A DNA stretch of 50,338 nt from Rhodoferax sp. (GCA_030683195.1 JAUXQA010000336.1:1-50338); one strand, 5' to 3'. Shown: positions 37,872 through 47,742, numbered from the stretch's first letter. Notes: generated by a model not told the origin, from the sequence alone. Numbers and translations: made by a program.

Positions 37872-38633
37872 ATGACCACTATTTCTTCAAGATTATTTAC
37901 AACAATGGATCCCTCTGAATGGGATCGAATTGTGACGAGTTACAACGAAGTTATCTACGCAAACATTCGTGAGCGAGTTGGCCAAATGTCAACTGACGAT
38001 ATTGACCGTTACAGTGCGAAGTACAACACGCCGACTAGCACTTCTGAAGACGTCCTCTCCCATATGCTCGAATGGGGGGGGTTCAAAGGAATGTTGCTGT
38101 CTGGCGGTTTGGTCAAGAATGACTCGCCGCTTTTCAATCGGCTGATGCGTAATGAAGCTGCACTACCTCACAGTCCACCACGTTCATTTGGCAAGAGCTG
38201 GTACGAACTTCTTGATTTTCCGGAATCTGAGTTCGAGTGCCAAGTTATGCTGAGTGGCATTGGCCGGCGCAAGCGCGAGGTGAATCAATCAGTCTGGTTG
38301 ATGTCGGTCAACGAATGTTTGTGGGCCTGCCGCGATGGTTCTGAAAAAGGAATGATGTTGATTGGTGCCGATGCGTTGTGGCGCGACTCTAACGCAGAAC
38401 AACGTGCGGAGCTGTGGAAAGAAATCCAATCCTACTTTATTGAGAATGAGATTTCTTTCAAGCTGACTTACGGTCAATGGGAGCAGCCTTTCACACTGTG
38501 TCTACGGCCGCGCCTAGGCGTTGAGATTGCCGCTACGCTGATCGCGCAGATGCCCCCTCCCCTGTCTGACAGTGTTTTCTCATTTGCTCATGTGGAGCCC
38601 AATTTTCCCCTGCGCTGGTTGCTGAGGAGGTGA
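37872..38633 (+). CDS. Hypothetical protein
   Basis: 253-aa ORF with RBS AGGA. Confidence 0.7.
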   Translation: MTTISSRLFTTMDPSEWDRIVTSYNEVIYANIRERVGQMSTDDIDRYSAKYNTPTSTSEDVLSHMLEWGGFKGMLLSGGLVKNDSPLFNRLMRNEAALPHSPPRSFGKSWYELLDFPESEFECQVMLSGIGRRKREVNQSVWLMSVNECLWACRDGSEKGMMLIGADALWRDSNAEQRAELWKEIQSYFIENEISFKLTYGQWEQPFTLCLRPRLGVEIAATLIAQMPPPLSDSVFSFAHVEPNFPLRWLLRR

Positions 38634-38692
38634 CTTGACCTGCTTTAGGACCGTTTAGAAATGAGCGACGGTAGGCTCCTGATTTCATCGGT

Positions 38693-38982
38693 TCACAAAA
38701 AGCAAAAGGCCCGCAGCTTGACGCCGCGGGCCTTCTTTACCATCACATTTTCCACATCAGTGTCTAGTGTGCAATTGCACTGCTGGACATGTTCGATTGA
38801 TGCATGAACTGCTTCACCCGAAAAAGAACATCCTTTCCGCGAGAAGTAGTCTGAATCCTCGTACTCCGCGCCTCTGAGGCGCGTCGCCGTTGAATCCACA
38901 AGGCATCGGGTAACGAAACCCCTGCACTGTGCAACAGCTGAGGGGTCAGTGGAACTTCTGTCGTTTTGGTAGTTGAGGTCAT
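38693..38982 (-). pseudogene. Possible frameshifted hypothetical gene
   Basis: The ATG at 38982 (MTSTTK...WIQ) may join the overlapping frame (RLRGAEYEDSDY...FCFL*) near 38890. Confidence 0.3.
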
Positions 38983-39589
38983 GGGTTTTCCAATCTGAAT
39001 CCGGGCATGTCGCCCTTTTGTGACTCTCTATTTGAGAACCACAAAAGGACGACACGCTCCGTCATCGCATAGATGACCGACAACCTCACAGAATGACCGC
39101 ACAAATACTGGAAAACCCACGAGCTCAGACGCCTGTCTTTCGACAACCATCCAATGTTCATGAATGCTTACTCAAGTGCAATCAAGCTGTTGTCAGCACA
39201 ATGTACTGACGACCAAAAATCACCAAATCGCTATCACAGCGATGGCCCTCAACCCGCAGGCCAAGGGCATTGAACCTTGTGTTGCCACAAGGAACGACAT
39301 CCGAAAATGTCTTTAACCAAACCGATTTCTCGGGCGCTCGAACACAAGGAGCGAGCTATGCATATATGCGAGTACAAGCCTCGCGAATTAACCACTAGGG
39401 CCAAAACGAATTTTCATGATACACATTTTTTGTCTGACCTAGCCTTGTTCAGCAATGTTTTTTGCCTACCGCTGCAGTAGTTACTCACATTTTCTGTGGA
39501 TAACTCTAGAAGGTCGGGGCGTTATCCCCCGCCCGCGCTAGAGCGGCCCGGGCTGCCTGTTTATTCGGCAGCTATCGACAAATCTTTGC

Positions 39590-39637
39590 TAAACTGCAAG
39601 CACTTTCATTTTTTGAAGTAGAGCTGACTCATCAGCA
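39590..39637 (+). promoter_or_regulatory. Structured leader copy J
   Basis: TAAACT ... TTCA-ttttt-TGAA ... GAGCTGA-ctca-TCAGCA; core identical to copy B. Confidence 0.75.
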
Positions 39638-39703
39638 TTTAACTCACCCACCGGGAACCAAGACCCGGATCGGGTCTGGCGTTCCTTAAATCAGGAATTC
39701 ACC

Positions 39704-39997
39704 ATGAATACTCACCAACCTCTTGCAGGTATGGTACAGGTTCGACTTCAAGTCAAACCATTTTCAGGACAAAGCCTCGGACTTATCAAGTCAAAAGGCT
39801 GGCGTTGTTTTGTTCTCGCACCAACCAGCGGCCCATCCGGGCTATTCACCTGGATATTCAAACGCGGCGCCAATGCCGTGATGCTGTCCCAATCCAGCGC
39901 GGTTGCGCAAATCCAGACAGTTTCATTACCGTGCAATGACGAGGCTCTTGAGCTGTGCTCCTTGTTCGTGCAGTCTGGTCTTGCCCTTCCAGCCTAA
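39704..39997 (+). CDS. Hypothetical protein
   Basis: RBS AGGA; TAATG overlap with the next gene. Confidence 0.6.
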   Translation: MNTHQPLAGMVQVRLQVKPFSGQSLGLIKSKGWRCFVLAPTSGPSGLFTWIFKRGANAVMLSQSSAVAQIQTVSLPCNDEALELCSLFVQSGLALPA

Positions 39998-41061
39998 TGT
40001 CCAAGGACTTTGACATCTTCGGCCCCATGGTCGAAGGACTGGCCTCGCCAGACGCACCTGCGGGTGACCCGGCAGGTCTTGCGAACGTTCAGTTCATTCC
40101 GAATCTGGACGAATACGAAAGAGTCATCATTTTTTCTTCCGGCGGAAAAGACTCTTTAGCCTGTGTGCTCTATCTGCTGGACCTTGGGCTCTCGCGCAGC
40201 AAGATTGAGTTGCATCATCATGATGTCGACGGCCGCGAAGGGAGTCATCTCATGGACTGGCCTGTGACGCGCTCATATAACGAGGTCATGGGACGAGAAC
40301 TTGGAATCCCTGTGTTCTTCAGCTGGAAGCAAGGTGGATTTGAGCGGGAGATGCTGCGGGAGAACTGTGGCACCGCGCCTATCACTTTCACAAGAGGTGA
40401 TGGGACGTTGGTAACGATGGGCGGGGAACGCTCCAAGAACAGTACCCGACGCAAGTTCCCCCAGGTATCGGCCAGCCTGGCTACCAGGTGGTGCTCGTCA
40501 AGTCTGAAAATTGAGGTGGGATCGAGGCTTTTGATTAACGACCCACGATTCACCATTGGAAAAACATTGGTGATCACAGGTGAGCGCGCAGAGGAAAGCG
40601 CAAACAGGGCCAAGTACGCTGTGTTTGAGCCCGATCGGTCTGACAACCGTCTGGGGCGCACGCCGCGGTGGATAGACCACTGGCGTCCAGTCCATGCCTG
40701 GAAAGAGGCTGAGGTTTGGAGGCTGATCGAAAAGCATAAGGTAAATCCACATCCTGCGTATCACGTAGGGTTCGGACGAGCTTCCTGTTTGGCATGCGTG
40801 TTTGGGTCAAAAAACCAGTGGGCAACCATCCGGGAAATTGCACCAACACAGTTCGCGCGAGTGGCTAACTATGAGAAGGAATTCGCAACGACGATTCACC
40901 GTAAATATTCGGTGATTGAGCAAGCTGATCGGGGGACTTGCCATTCCACGGCTCATGAATGGAAGCACGTTGCAATGAGTGACGAGTACACCCTTCCATT
41001 TTTTGTTGACCCGTGGGTGCTGCCAGCCGGCGCATACGGTGAAAGCTGCGGACCGACCTGA
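39997..41061 (+). CDS. PAPS-reductase (CysH/DndC-like) family protein
   Basis: PP-loop SSGGKDS, RWCSSSLK, GERAEESANRA, HPAY..GFGRASCLAC. Confidence 0.88.
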   Translation: MSKDFDIFGPMVEGLASPDAPAGDPAGLANVQFIPNLDEYERVIIFSSGGKDSLACVLYLLDLGLSRSKIELHHHDVDGREGSHLMDWPVTRSYNEVMGRELGIPVFFSWKQGGFEREMLRENCGTAPITFTRGDGTLVTMGGERSKNSTRRKFPQVSASLATRWCSSSLKIEVGSRLLINDPRFTIGKTLVITGERAEESANRAKYAVFEPDRSDNRLGRTPRWIDHWRPVHAWKEAEVWRLIEKHKVNPHPAYHVGFGRASCLACVFGSKNQWATIREIAPTQFARVANYEKEFATTIHRKYSVIEQADRGTCHSTAHEWKHVAMSDEYTLPFFVDPWVLPAGAYGESCGPT

Positions 41062-41219
41062 GTTGGTCGTTCAATTGAAATTTCGTACCGCTAACGCAAG
41101 ACACGGAATTTCACACCACCTGCCAACGGTTCTTCACTGTGCGCAGGTCAATTTAAGCCCGAGTAGATACCAGCCCTTTTGGGTTGGTGTCTCCAGGGTT
41201 CTTCATCGAGAAAATCAAA

Positions 41220-41681
41220 ATGACAATTTTAAATACCTGGCACCAGGTAACAAGAAATGCAGAGAAATCTGCGATTGGCGTGTCTGTTCAATTCAAATCC
41301 AGCATGCAAGCCGAGCCAACTCACATTGGCCTGAATTTTCAGCAAGCGGTATTCATTGGACTCATCATTGATCCGGAAGAATATTCCGACTTCGATGAAG
41401 TAAGCCTGCCGATGTACAAGATCCGGTTCGGGTCAGGTTTGGAGCTGGCAGTCATTGAAGAAGAAATGTACTGCTCGTGCAACCGGCTACCTGATGTCTT
41501 GGCTTTGTGTGCGGCAGTGAATCTCGGATTCGCAACTGCTCGCAAGCTTGGCTTCGATGGCCCGTTTGATCTTGACGCGCATGCGAGCGTTAGTGAACGT
41601 GATGCGTTCACGAGTGCTATTGATTCATATCACCCCGGATGGGCACCTGCGCCTTCACGGCTGGTGCACTCCAAATTTTGA
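41220..41681 (+). CDS. Hypothetical protein
   Basis: ATG start after a hairpin leader; first gene of a run. Confidence 0.6.
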   Translation: MTILNTWHQVTRNAEKSAIGVSVQFKSSMQAEPTHIGLNFQQAVFIGLIIDPEEYSDFDEVSLPMYKIRFGSGLELAVIEEEMYCSCNRLPDVLALCAAVNLGFATARKLGFDGPFDLDAHASVSERDAFTSAIDSYHPGWAPAPSRLVHSKF

Positions 41682-41690
41682 GAAAAAATT

Positions 41691-41969
41691 ATGAATAACG
41701 AACAAATTCGTCTGGCGCAACGCCTTGGTTTGGCTGTGCTGGAGAGTATTCAAGAGGCCGGCGAGTTGGGTGCACCATCCGGCGTCTTGTATGCAGCATT
41801 GCTGCATACCGGTTGCAGTCTGAACCAATTCCAGTCACTGATGAGGCCGCTTGAGAGTCGCGGCTTTGTGGTTCTGGAGGACGACTGCTATACGATTTCT
41901 GAAAGCGGTGGGGCCTTCATAACGCGCTTGCGTAGCGTGACGGCCCAACCAGCAACAGGAGTGGCATGA
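41691..41969 (+). CDS. Small winged-helix-like protein
   Basis: L..LE.RGFV......YTISESG pattern. Confidence 0.6.
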   Translation: MNNEQIRLAQRLGLAVLESIQEAGELGAPSGVLYAALLHTGCSLNQFQSLMRPLESRGFVVLEDDCYTISESGGAFITRLRSVTAQPATGVA

Positions 41970-41970
41970 A

Positions 41971-42186
41971 ATGGTCAAAGAAATGGGATTGACCCGCGCG
42001 ATCAAGGCGCTGAAATTGGCCGCTGATTGTGGCGGCGAGCTGGATCGAGCGGAGTACCAGGGGGCACATGACGATTTGGTTATTTTGCGCGACAAGATTG
42101 TTGCTCATGACGCGGCCCTCAACCAGGCAGAGGTCTCACCTACCGGTGATGACTACAACGACATCATGGCCGCAATGTCCTTGTAA
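41971..42186 (+). CDS. Hypothetical protein
   Basis: Starts 1 nt after the upstream stop; RBS AGGAG. Confidence 0.55.
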   Translation: MVKEMGLTRAIKALKLAADCGGELDRAEYQGAHDDLVILRDKIVAHDAALNQAEVSPTGDDYNDIMAAMSL

Positions 42187-42364
42187 TCGTCTCAGAGAGT
42201 CACCAACCCGCACGGGCCCTGCTCCACCGGGGCCGGTGCCCGTCATATCCATAGTCATGAAAACAAATCATGAAACTCGAAGTTCAATTCATGGTCCCAG
42301 TGCCTGATTGCTTCACCAACGACCTGACTGCCTTGATGGCATTCGGGACATAGAGGAAATTCAA

Positions 42365-42652
42365 ATGGACAAAGAAATTGTCGGCGCCGATCTACAAAAG
42401 ACTGGCGAATATTTGGTCAAACTGGCCAATGTTGGAAACCTGGATCATGGGCAAAATCCGGCGCGGACCGTGCCTGGTATCCGCAACACAATGGCACCAG
42501 CTAAAACGCTGGCAGAGGCCTCTACGTTGTGCTCGGAATACATCCGGCGCAACGAGCTGGGCGGCGGCAACTGGGCTGGCGGCGAGGTGCTTTTGGATGG
42601 TGTGATTGTGGCCCGCGTGAGTTACAACGGCCGTGTCTGGCTCACTGATTGA
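42365..42652 (+). CDS. Hypothetical protein (LGGGNW..G...ARVSYNGRVW motif)
   Basis: RBS GAGGA before the ATG at 42365. Confidence 0.65.
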   Translation: MDKEIVGADLQKTGEYLVKLANVGNLDHGQNPARTVPGIRNTMAPAKTLAEASTLCSEYIRRNELGGGNWAGGEVLLDGVIVARVSYNGRVWLTD

Positions 42653-42715
42653 TGGACTCACCGTCCGCGCAGGTTTTCGGCTGCGTTCAAACAATGGCCG
42701 CGAGGGTCATGACAG

Positions 42716-42916
42716 ATGGCTAAGAAGCGACGCAAAGGCTCTAAGGTTGCGAACTTCCATATTCGTGTTCGACAAATCATGAACGGTATGGGACAAGCCG
42801 GTCCAAAAAGACCCGTATTCATCGTCCAGGGCATGCGCATCATCAAACTGACTCCAGCCGAGTACGATAAGTGGTTGGAGGATGAAGCTCAATCGAATCC
42901 ATGGCCAATAAATTGA
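42716..42916 (+). CDS. Small hypothetical protein
   Basis: 66-aa co-oriented ORF. Confidence 0.5.
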   Translation: MAKKRRKGSKVANFHIRVRQIMNGMGQAGPKRPVFIVQGMRIIKLTPAEYDKWLEDEAQSNPWPIN

Positions 42917-43176
42917 AATTTGTGAACAAACTTTGGCAAAAATTGACGTCATTGTTCCCAGTGCTTAACGGCAACGGACCCACTGACGATGACTTTGATC
43001 AGATGCGCTCCTGGAGCATCAGCGCGCAGTTGGCAGCGGTTCCCTCGGGCTACCTTGAACAAGTTCCACCGGAAGTCGCGGCCCTGATTCGTGCCGCAAA
43101 AGAACTTCATCAAGAGATGGAAAGTGGCGCTGCAGCACGGGATGCACGGTGCGAGCCCTGCCCCGATCTTGGATAG
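42901..43176 (+). CDS. Hypothetical protein
   Basis: Overlaps the end of the upstream ORF. Confidence 0.5.
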   Translation: MANKLKFVNKLWQKLTSLFPVLNGNGPTDDDFDQMRSWSISAQLAAVPSGYLEQVPPEVAALIRAAKELHQEMESGAAARDARCEPCPDLG

Positions 43177-43448
43177 ATTTTCAAACAAACTGAAAGCTCG
43201 GTTGATCCCCAAATAACCGAACGGTAGTCAAAAAATGGCAACATTCTCCGCAATGTTGCCATTTTTTTTGGCTGCTCGCTCCGCATCTTCATTGATTCGG
43301 CTTATGGGGGCGGGCTATCCGACGGTGGGCGTGACCGTGCTTATGCCAACGAGAAATATCCTGAAAATCTCACAATCAAGGCTTGCCAAGTCGAGCTAGT
43401 CGTGTAGTCTGAATTTCTTGAGATACAAACATCGTGAAGGAAGCCACT

Positions 43449-43817
43449 ATGGCCAAAGCAAACTACAAGTGGAAGGTAGAGGATGCCCCAACTGGGCCGA
43501 ACAAGTCGATCCAGTTTCGCGGCTGGCCAAGCGCCATCTACAAGAACCAGCAGCAGGATTTTTGCGGGGGAATCCAGTGCAAAGACGACTACACCCCATT
43601 CCGAGCCAGAACCGGACAGCACGCGCCTTTGCGCGTTCGTATCTGCGACCATTCCGTTCAACCCTTCAAATGGCGCACCCTGGAGGGTGAGCATGGCACA
43701 CTTGATCAGGCAAAGGCGGCCCTTGCTGCGTTCATTGGGAATCACCCCGCCGTGATGCCACTCGAATTTCTCCAGTCAGCGCTCGACGCAGTGTCGCCGG
43801 AAAGCCCATGTCGCTAA
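43449..43817 (+). CDS. Hypothetical protein
   Basis: RBS AAGGA; start MAKANYKW. Confidence 0.65.
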   Translation: MAKANYKWKVEDAPTGPNKSIQFRGWPSAIYKNQQQDFCGGIQCKDDYTPFRARTGQHAPLRVRICDHSVQPFKWRTLEGEHGTLDQAKAALAAFIGNHPAVMPLEFLQSALDAVSPESPCR

Positions 43818-44434
43818 GTGTCATAACCCTGTTCGATTTGAAGCCGCAGGACCGCGTGATCACCATGACCCAGGCAGCGTATGGACTTCCAAGCCAAGAG
43901 GTCACGTTGTATGTCGAGTGCGCTAATGCGTTGACGGGCGTAGTGTATGCATTGAGTCCCAGTGGTAACCGTCTCACAGTATCGTTTGCGAACATCCTGG
44001 ATGTTGAAATCTGCAGTACACCGGTGACGCTGGTGGTCGCCGATGGTATTTGGGATGCCCACCAGTGCGACCCGGCCTACCGTGGCAGGCCTGTGCGTGC
44101 AATAGCAGCGATGCTTGACGAGCGCGGCAATTTTTCTGGCCTTTGCATACCGAAGTGGCCTGGTAGCAGACCGGGCCACGTATTGCATATCAATGTCAAA
44201 CCAAACTCTGTTGGCGTTTCAGAAGCAGACATTCTTGGCGCCTTGCCGACGAATCGGGTGCACCGATTCCATGATCCCGACCTTGACCGTAATCGCACGA
44301 AAAGAATGGCGTGTAACCGGATCAAGGGGTTCATTGAGGCGTCACTGAGCACAGGTATGCACAGCCGATTGCCCGTCGATCCGAGTTTAAAAGCGAAAGG
44401 TGGCATGCTGCTTTCGCGGTCATGCATGTTGTAA
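43808..44434 (+). CDS. Hypothetical protein
   Basis: 208 aa, overlapping the upstream stop. Confidence 0.6.
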   Translation: MSLSVITLFDLKPQDRVITMTQAAYGLPSQEVTLYVECANALTGVVYALSPSGNRLTVSFANILDVEICSTPVTLVVADGIWDAHQCDPAYRGRPVRAIAAMLDERGNFSGLCIPKWPGSRPGHVLHINVKPNSVGVSEADILGALPTNRVHRFHDPDLDRNRTKRMACNRIKGFIEASLSTGMHSRLPVDPSLKAKGGMLLSRSCML

Positions 44435-44452
44435 ACAGTACGGACAGCCAGA

Positions 44453-44512
44453 TAGATCGTTTTTCAAAACGGCCGGTGAGCAGGCCACTTTGAAAACCCC
44501 GCACAAGGCGGA
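44453..44512. repeat. 60-bp palindromic direct repeat, copy 1
   Basis: 54/60 identical to 45221-45280. Confidence 0.9.
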
Positions 44513-44539
44513 ATTCGAGTTTTACTTCGATCAGGAAAA

Positions 44540-44893
44540 CTATTCAGACACAGTCCAGCCATCGCTGCCTTTGACAAAGCGCATTGGTGCGATCCCTTTA
44601 TTGGTGCTGCCCATCTGTGCTATCTCCATTTCAACATCGCACTTGTATGCCTTCTCGCCATCTCCTTTGCAGCCGATTAATTTCACGCTTTTGACCTCAG
44701 GTATAAAACTCTTCATGATTTCTGATCCTTTGTTACCGCCCAATAGCGCCATTGCTGATGTTGCGGTAGCCGTCATTTTCTTGTCAATCGCTGACTTGAT
44801 GTCTACTTCAGTTGGAGCACCCCCGCAAGCCGAAAGAACAAACATGGCCCCAGTTATGAAAAAAATTCGAAGTGGTTTGGCAGTGGAAAGCAC
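44540..44893 (-). CDS. Lipoprotein
   Basis: Signal peptide with lipobox LSAC; RBS AAGGGAG before a GTG start. Confidence 0.8.
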   Translation of the reverse strand: MLSTAKPLRIFFITGAMFVLSACGGAPTEVDIKSAIDKKMTATATSAMALLGGNKGSEIMKSFIPEVKSVKLIGCKGDGEKAYKCDVEMEIAQMGSTNKGIAPMRFVKGSDGWTVSE

Positions 44894-45220
44894 TAGTTAC
44901 TCCCTTGATTTGATGATTTAAGTTATGCGTTTGGAAACTCAACCCAAAAACAATTGACTCGCTGAGCGTAAGAACTCGTGCCAGTTAGAAAGATGCAAGA
45001 CGGAAACTCTTTACACCAATGTGTCTGGCATTAGCGCCTCAACGGATTTTAAGTTTCGTTATTGATGTCTTGTTCTCGGCATCGCCGCGTATTCTGGCAC
45101 ATCAAATCGTTGCTCGGTCGTTCGATTGAAGCAACAACCTAGATGGTTGTAACTTGAGCAAAAGAATCACTCACAGGCGGTGAGTTGGTGGCTATTCAAA
45201 TTCAAGCCGCGATATCCAAG

Positions 45221-45280
45221 TAGATCGGTTTTCAAAATGGCCGGTGATCAGGCCACTTTGAAAACCCCGCCTTAGGCGGA
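45221..45280. repeat. 60-bp palindromic direct repeat, copy 2
   Basis: Contains GGTTTTCAAAATGGCC-N8-GGCCACTTTGAAAACC (15/16 inverted match). Confidence 0.9.
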
Positions 45281-45356
45281 GGTTTGGGTTAGTTCATAGA
45301 ACTGGTGTCAGCTTCACAAAACAAGGCGCCGGCAATCCAGCGTACTTTGTCTTGTT

Positions 45357-47588
45357 TCAGCTTTGCACACTTTGGGTGTGATGAGCATGGGCATCGCGTA
45401 CACGGGTCCATTTTTGCGGATGATCCAGTACTTCCCATTGCTCGATGCTCAGGCCATGCCATTTGCATGTATCGGCAATTACTGTTTGCACAACTTCTTC
45501 AATCGCTTCTTCACGCGTGTTGAAAAAACCGATGTAATTGTGATTTGTGGCCTCAAAGTTGGGCTGGGTTTCACCGGGGAGTAAAACCAGTGTTCCTTGC
45601 CCTTCCTGCCCGCGCAGGTGGTACCCGGCCGCATGGATGAGTGACAAGGCACTGTCGCCTATGACCAGCGCGCCTGGCTTGACGGTACGAGCAAAGGCGT
45701 GCTTGAGCCGCTCGGCCAGATCATTCATTTCTCCCTCGGAGTTTCCCAGGTTACCGGCGAAGGCTTCCCAGAATTCGGGCGCTTCCAGATTGATCGCATC
45801 AAAGCGGCACTTCGATGGTTTGCCCGAAAAGTCGTTCCAGTCACGAACCCGGCGCACAAGGCACAAGTGGAGTTCCTGATTCGGCGTAGGGTGAAAGTGC
45901 GTATCCGACAGTGCCGCGCTGACCAAGGTCGAGAGCGATTGGCCACGCAACCCGCCCATCAGGGATGACCAGTATTCGATAGTCGTCGATTCAATTTCGT
46001 CTGAATGGTTGCCGTGTTCGTCACGGAAGTCGTCAAATGCACAACATGCATGATCCGGTGATGAGTCATTTGCTGTGAAATAGCAAATCATGCTGGTTAA
46101 GCCCTGATATGCCTCGATTTCATCAGCATCAATTGGCTCAGCTGGGACGACCAGCCAATCATTGATGAGGTCATGCTCGATTCGGAAGGCCGCATTCACG
46201 GCTGACGTGATCACGATGGTGACGGAGTCCACCAGCGTGACATCACAGCTTTCGCAGTTCACATACACAGGAACACTGTTCTGCACGCCGTGCGGGGTTA
46301 CCTGGACTCTGAAGTCGAGCGTGTTGGGCAAGCATTGGAACGCCCAATGGTTTTCGTGTAGGTGACCCATATCGAGCGCTGCAATGCTTTCGCGTTGCAT
46401 CACCTTCAATAGCGTTGCCGCCCATTGCCCATCGTTGGTATCGGAGGGTGCCGACTGCCATGCCTTGAATTCTCCGTTCATCAGTTCGGTGCGACTGACC
46501 AGACCCGCGTCTGTTCCAATCTGTTCCCATGTCTCCGATGCGTCGTAGCTCACGTACGTGAGACATGAAAAAGCAGCTCTTGGCAGGTACGGAATGTCAT
46601 TCAGAAGCCGTTCATTTCCAAAGATGATCGCCGAGCGATAGTATTTGCCCACAAAGTCTTGTGGACTCAGTTGCTGCTTCTGCTCAACAAGAAACTGCAG
46701 CATGACTCGCTTCATTTCTTCGTAGACAAGCTGAAGTTGTTCGCCCGAGTTCTGCAAATTGGCACGGTCTGGCATCAATGCAATGAATCGTTCCGAATCC
46801 AGATGAACAATGTTGTCACCCACGTTGCTCTGGCTTTCGATTGGAAGACCTTGAAGAAAAAAGCGCGTGGAACAGTAGCCGGCGGTGATTGCGCGCTCGG
46901 GAGCGAAATGTATGCCCTGAATGCTGACATATCCAACGCTGGTTGCCTGTCCTTGCAGGTTGCTGCGCGCGTAGGGTTGATCCAGCGCCACACCATTGAG
47001 AATGATGGGAATATCGAATCCCTTGGCACGCTGCTCAATGGCGTCATCGAGTTTCCATTTTGATACCGATTGCTGCGACTGCGGGCTCCACGCTGGGCTT
47101 GTTTCCATCAACTTGTCTTTCAAGCCGTTCAGTACTATCCGAGTCCCTTTGGTTACGGGATCAGGATCCAGAGCTTCATGAATTTCGCGCTTGCAAACAA
47201 TGTCCTTCAAGCAGGCCGTGAACATTTTTCCGTTTGAGCGAATGGTGACAGCGTCGCATGCATAGAAGAGGCTGAAAAAGCCCATCCCAAATGGCTTGTC
47301 CGAGAGTTGAATCTGTTCATCTTCCCAGCCACTGGTGGCCAGCTTGATGAGATCCTGAAAGTCAGAAATGCCGCAGCCGTCATCGATCACCTCAAGGCGG
47401 CGGTTTTCGATGTTGGTTTCGAACACGGCACTGGTGGCGCCAGCGCGCCGGGCATTCTGCATAACCTCGCCAATGACGGAGTAGGACGTGGAGAACCAGT
47501 GACCCATGGTTTCGAACAGTTTGCGCTCATTGATGGACGCGCGAATGGTCTTGATGGCTGGGGTAGCCGTAGTAAGAGTTGTTGTCAT
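45357..47588 (-). CDS. GHKL (HATPase_c) ATPase-domain protein with long unknown C-terminus
   Basis: EVMQNARRAGA, DDGCGI, GMGFFS, GTRI; start MTTTLT after leader K. Confidence 0.85.
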   Translation of the reverse strand: MTTTLTTATPAIKTIRASINERKLFETMGHWFSTSYSVIGEVMQNARRAGATSAVFETNIENRRLEVIDDGCGISDFQDLIKLATSGWEDEQIQLSDKPFGMGFFSLFYACDAVTIRSNGKMFTACLKDIVCKREIHEALDPDPVTKGTRIVLNGLKDKLMETSPAWSPQSQQSVSKWKLDDAIEQRAKGFDIPIILNGVALDQPYARSNLQGQATSVGYVSIQGIHFAPERAITAGYCSTRFFLQGLPIESQSNVGDNIVHLDSERFIALMPDRANLQNSGEQLQLVYEEMKRVMLQFLVEQKQQLSPQDFVGKYYRSAIIFGNERLLNDIPYLPRAAFSCLTYVSYDASETWEQIGTDAGLVSRTELMNGEFKAWQSAPSDTNDGQWAATLLKVMQRESIAALDMGHLHENHWAFQCLPNTLDFRVQVTPHGVQNSVPVYVNCESCDVTLVDSVTIVITSAVNAAFRIEHDLINDWLVVPAEPIDADEIEAYQGLTSMICYFTANDSSPDHACCAFDDFRDEHGNHSDEIESTTIEYWSSLMGGLRGQSLSTLVSAALSDTHFHPTPNQELHLCLVRRVRDWNDFSGKPSKCRFDAINLEAPEFWEAFAGNLGNSEGEMNDLAERLKHAFARTVKPGALVIGDSALSLIHAAGYHLRGQEGQGTLVLLPGETQPNFEATNHNYIGFFNTREEAIEEVVQTVIADTCKWHGLSIEQWEVLDHPQKWTRVRDAHAHHTQSVQS

Positions 47589-47669
47589 TGAGTGAACCTT
47601 CATTTGAGAATGAATGTCCAGGCACCCTCCCCTGCCGGGAAAGAATGTCCGGACTAGGGATTGGTTTAT

Positions 47670-47717
47670 TGCTGGTGCGCCAGCTCGATTGCACAAAGTG
47701 CGAATGAAACCAGTATA
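47670..47717 (-). promoter_or_regulatory. Structured leader copy K
   Basis: TGcTATACT ... GCAC-ttt-GTGC ... GAGCTGG-cgca-CCAGCA. Confidence 0.78.
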
Positions 47718-47742
47718 GCAAGTGCGCTGATTGGTATAGCAT

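Noticed and set aside
43392-43410. Possible extra leader core (GAGCTAGtcgtgTAGT); also a weak copy at 16229-16245
   Set aside because: Pairing is imperfect and the first hairpin or -10 box is unclear, so they are not counted among the 11.
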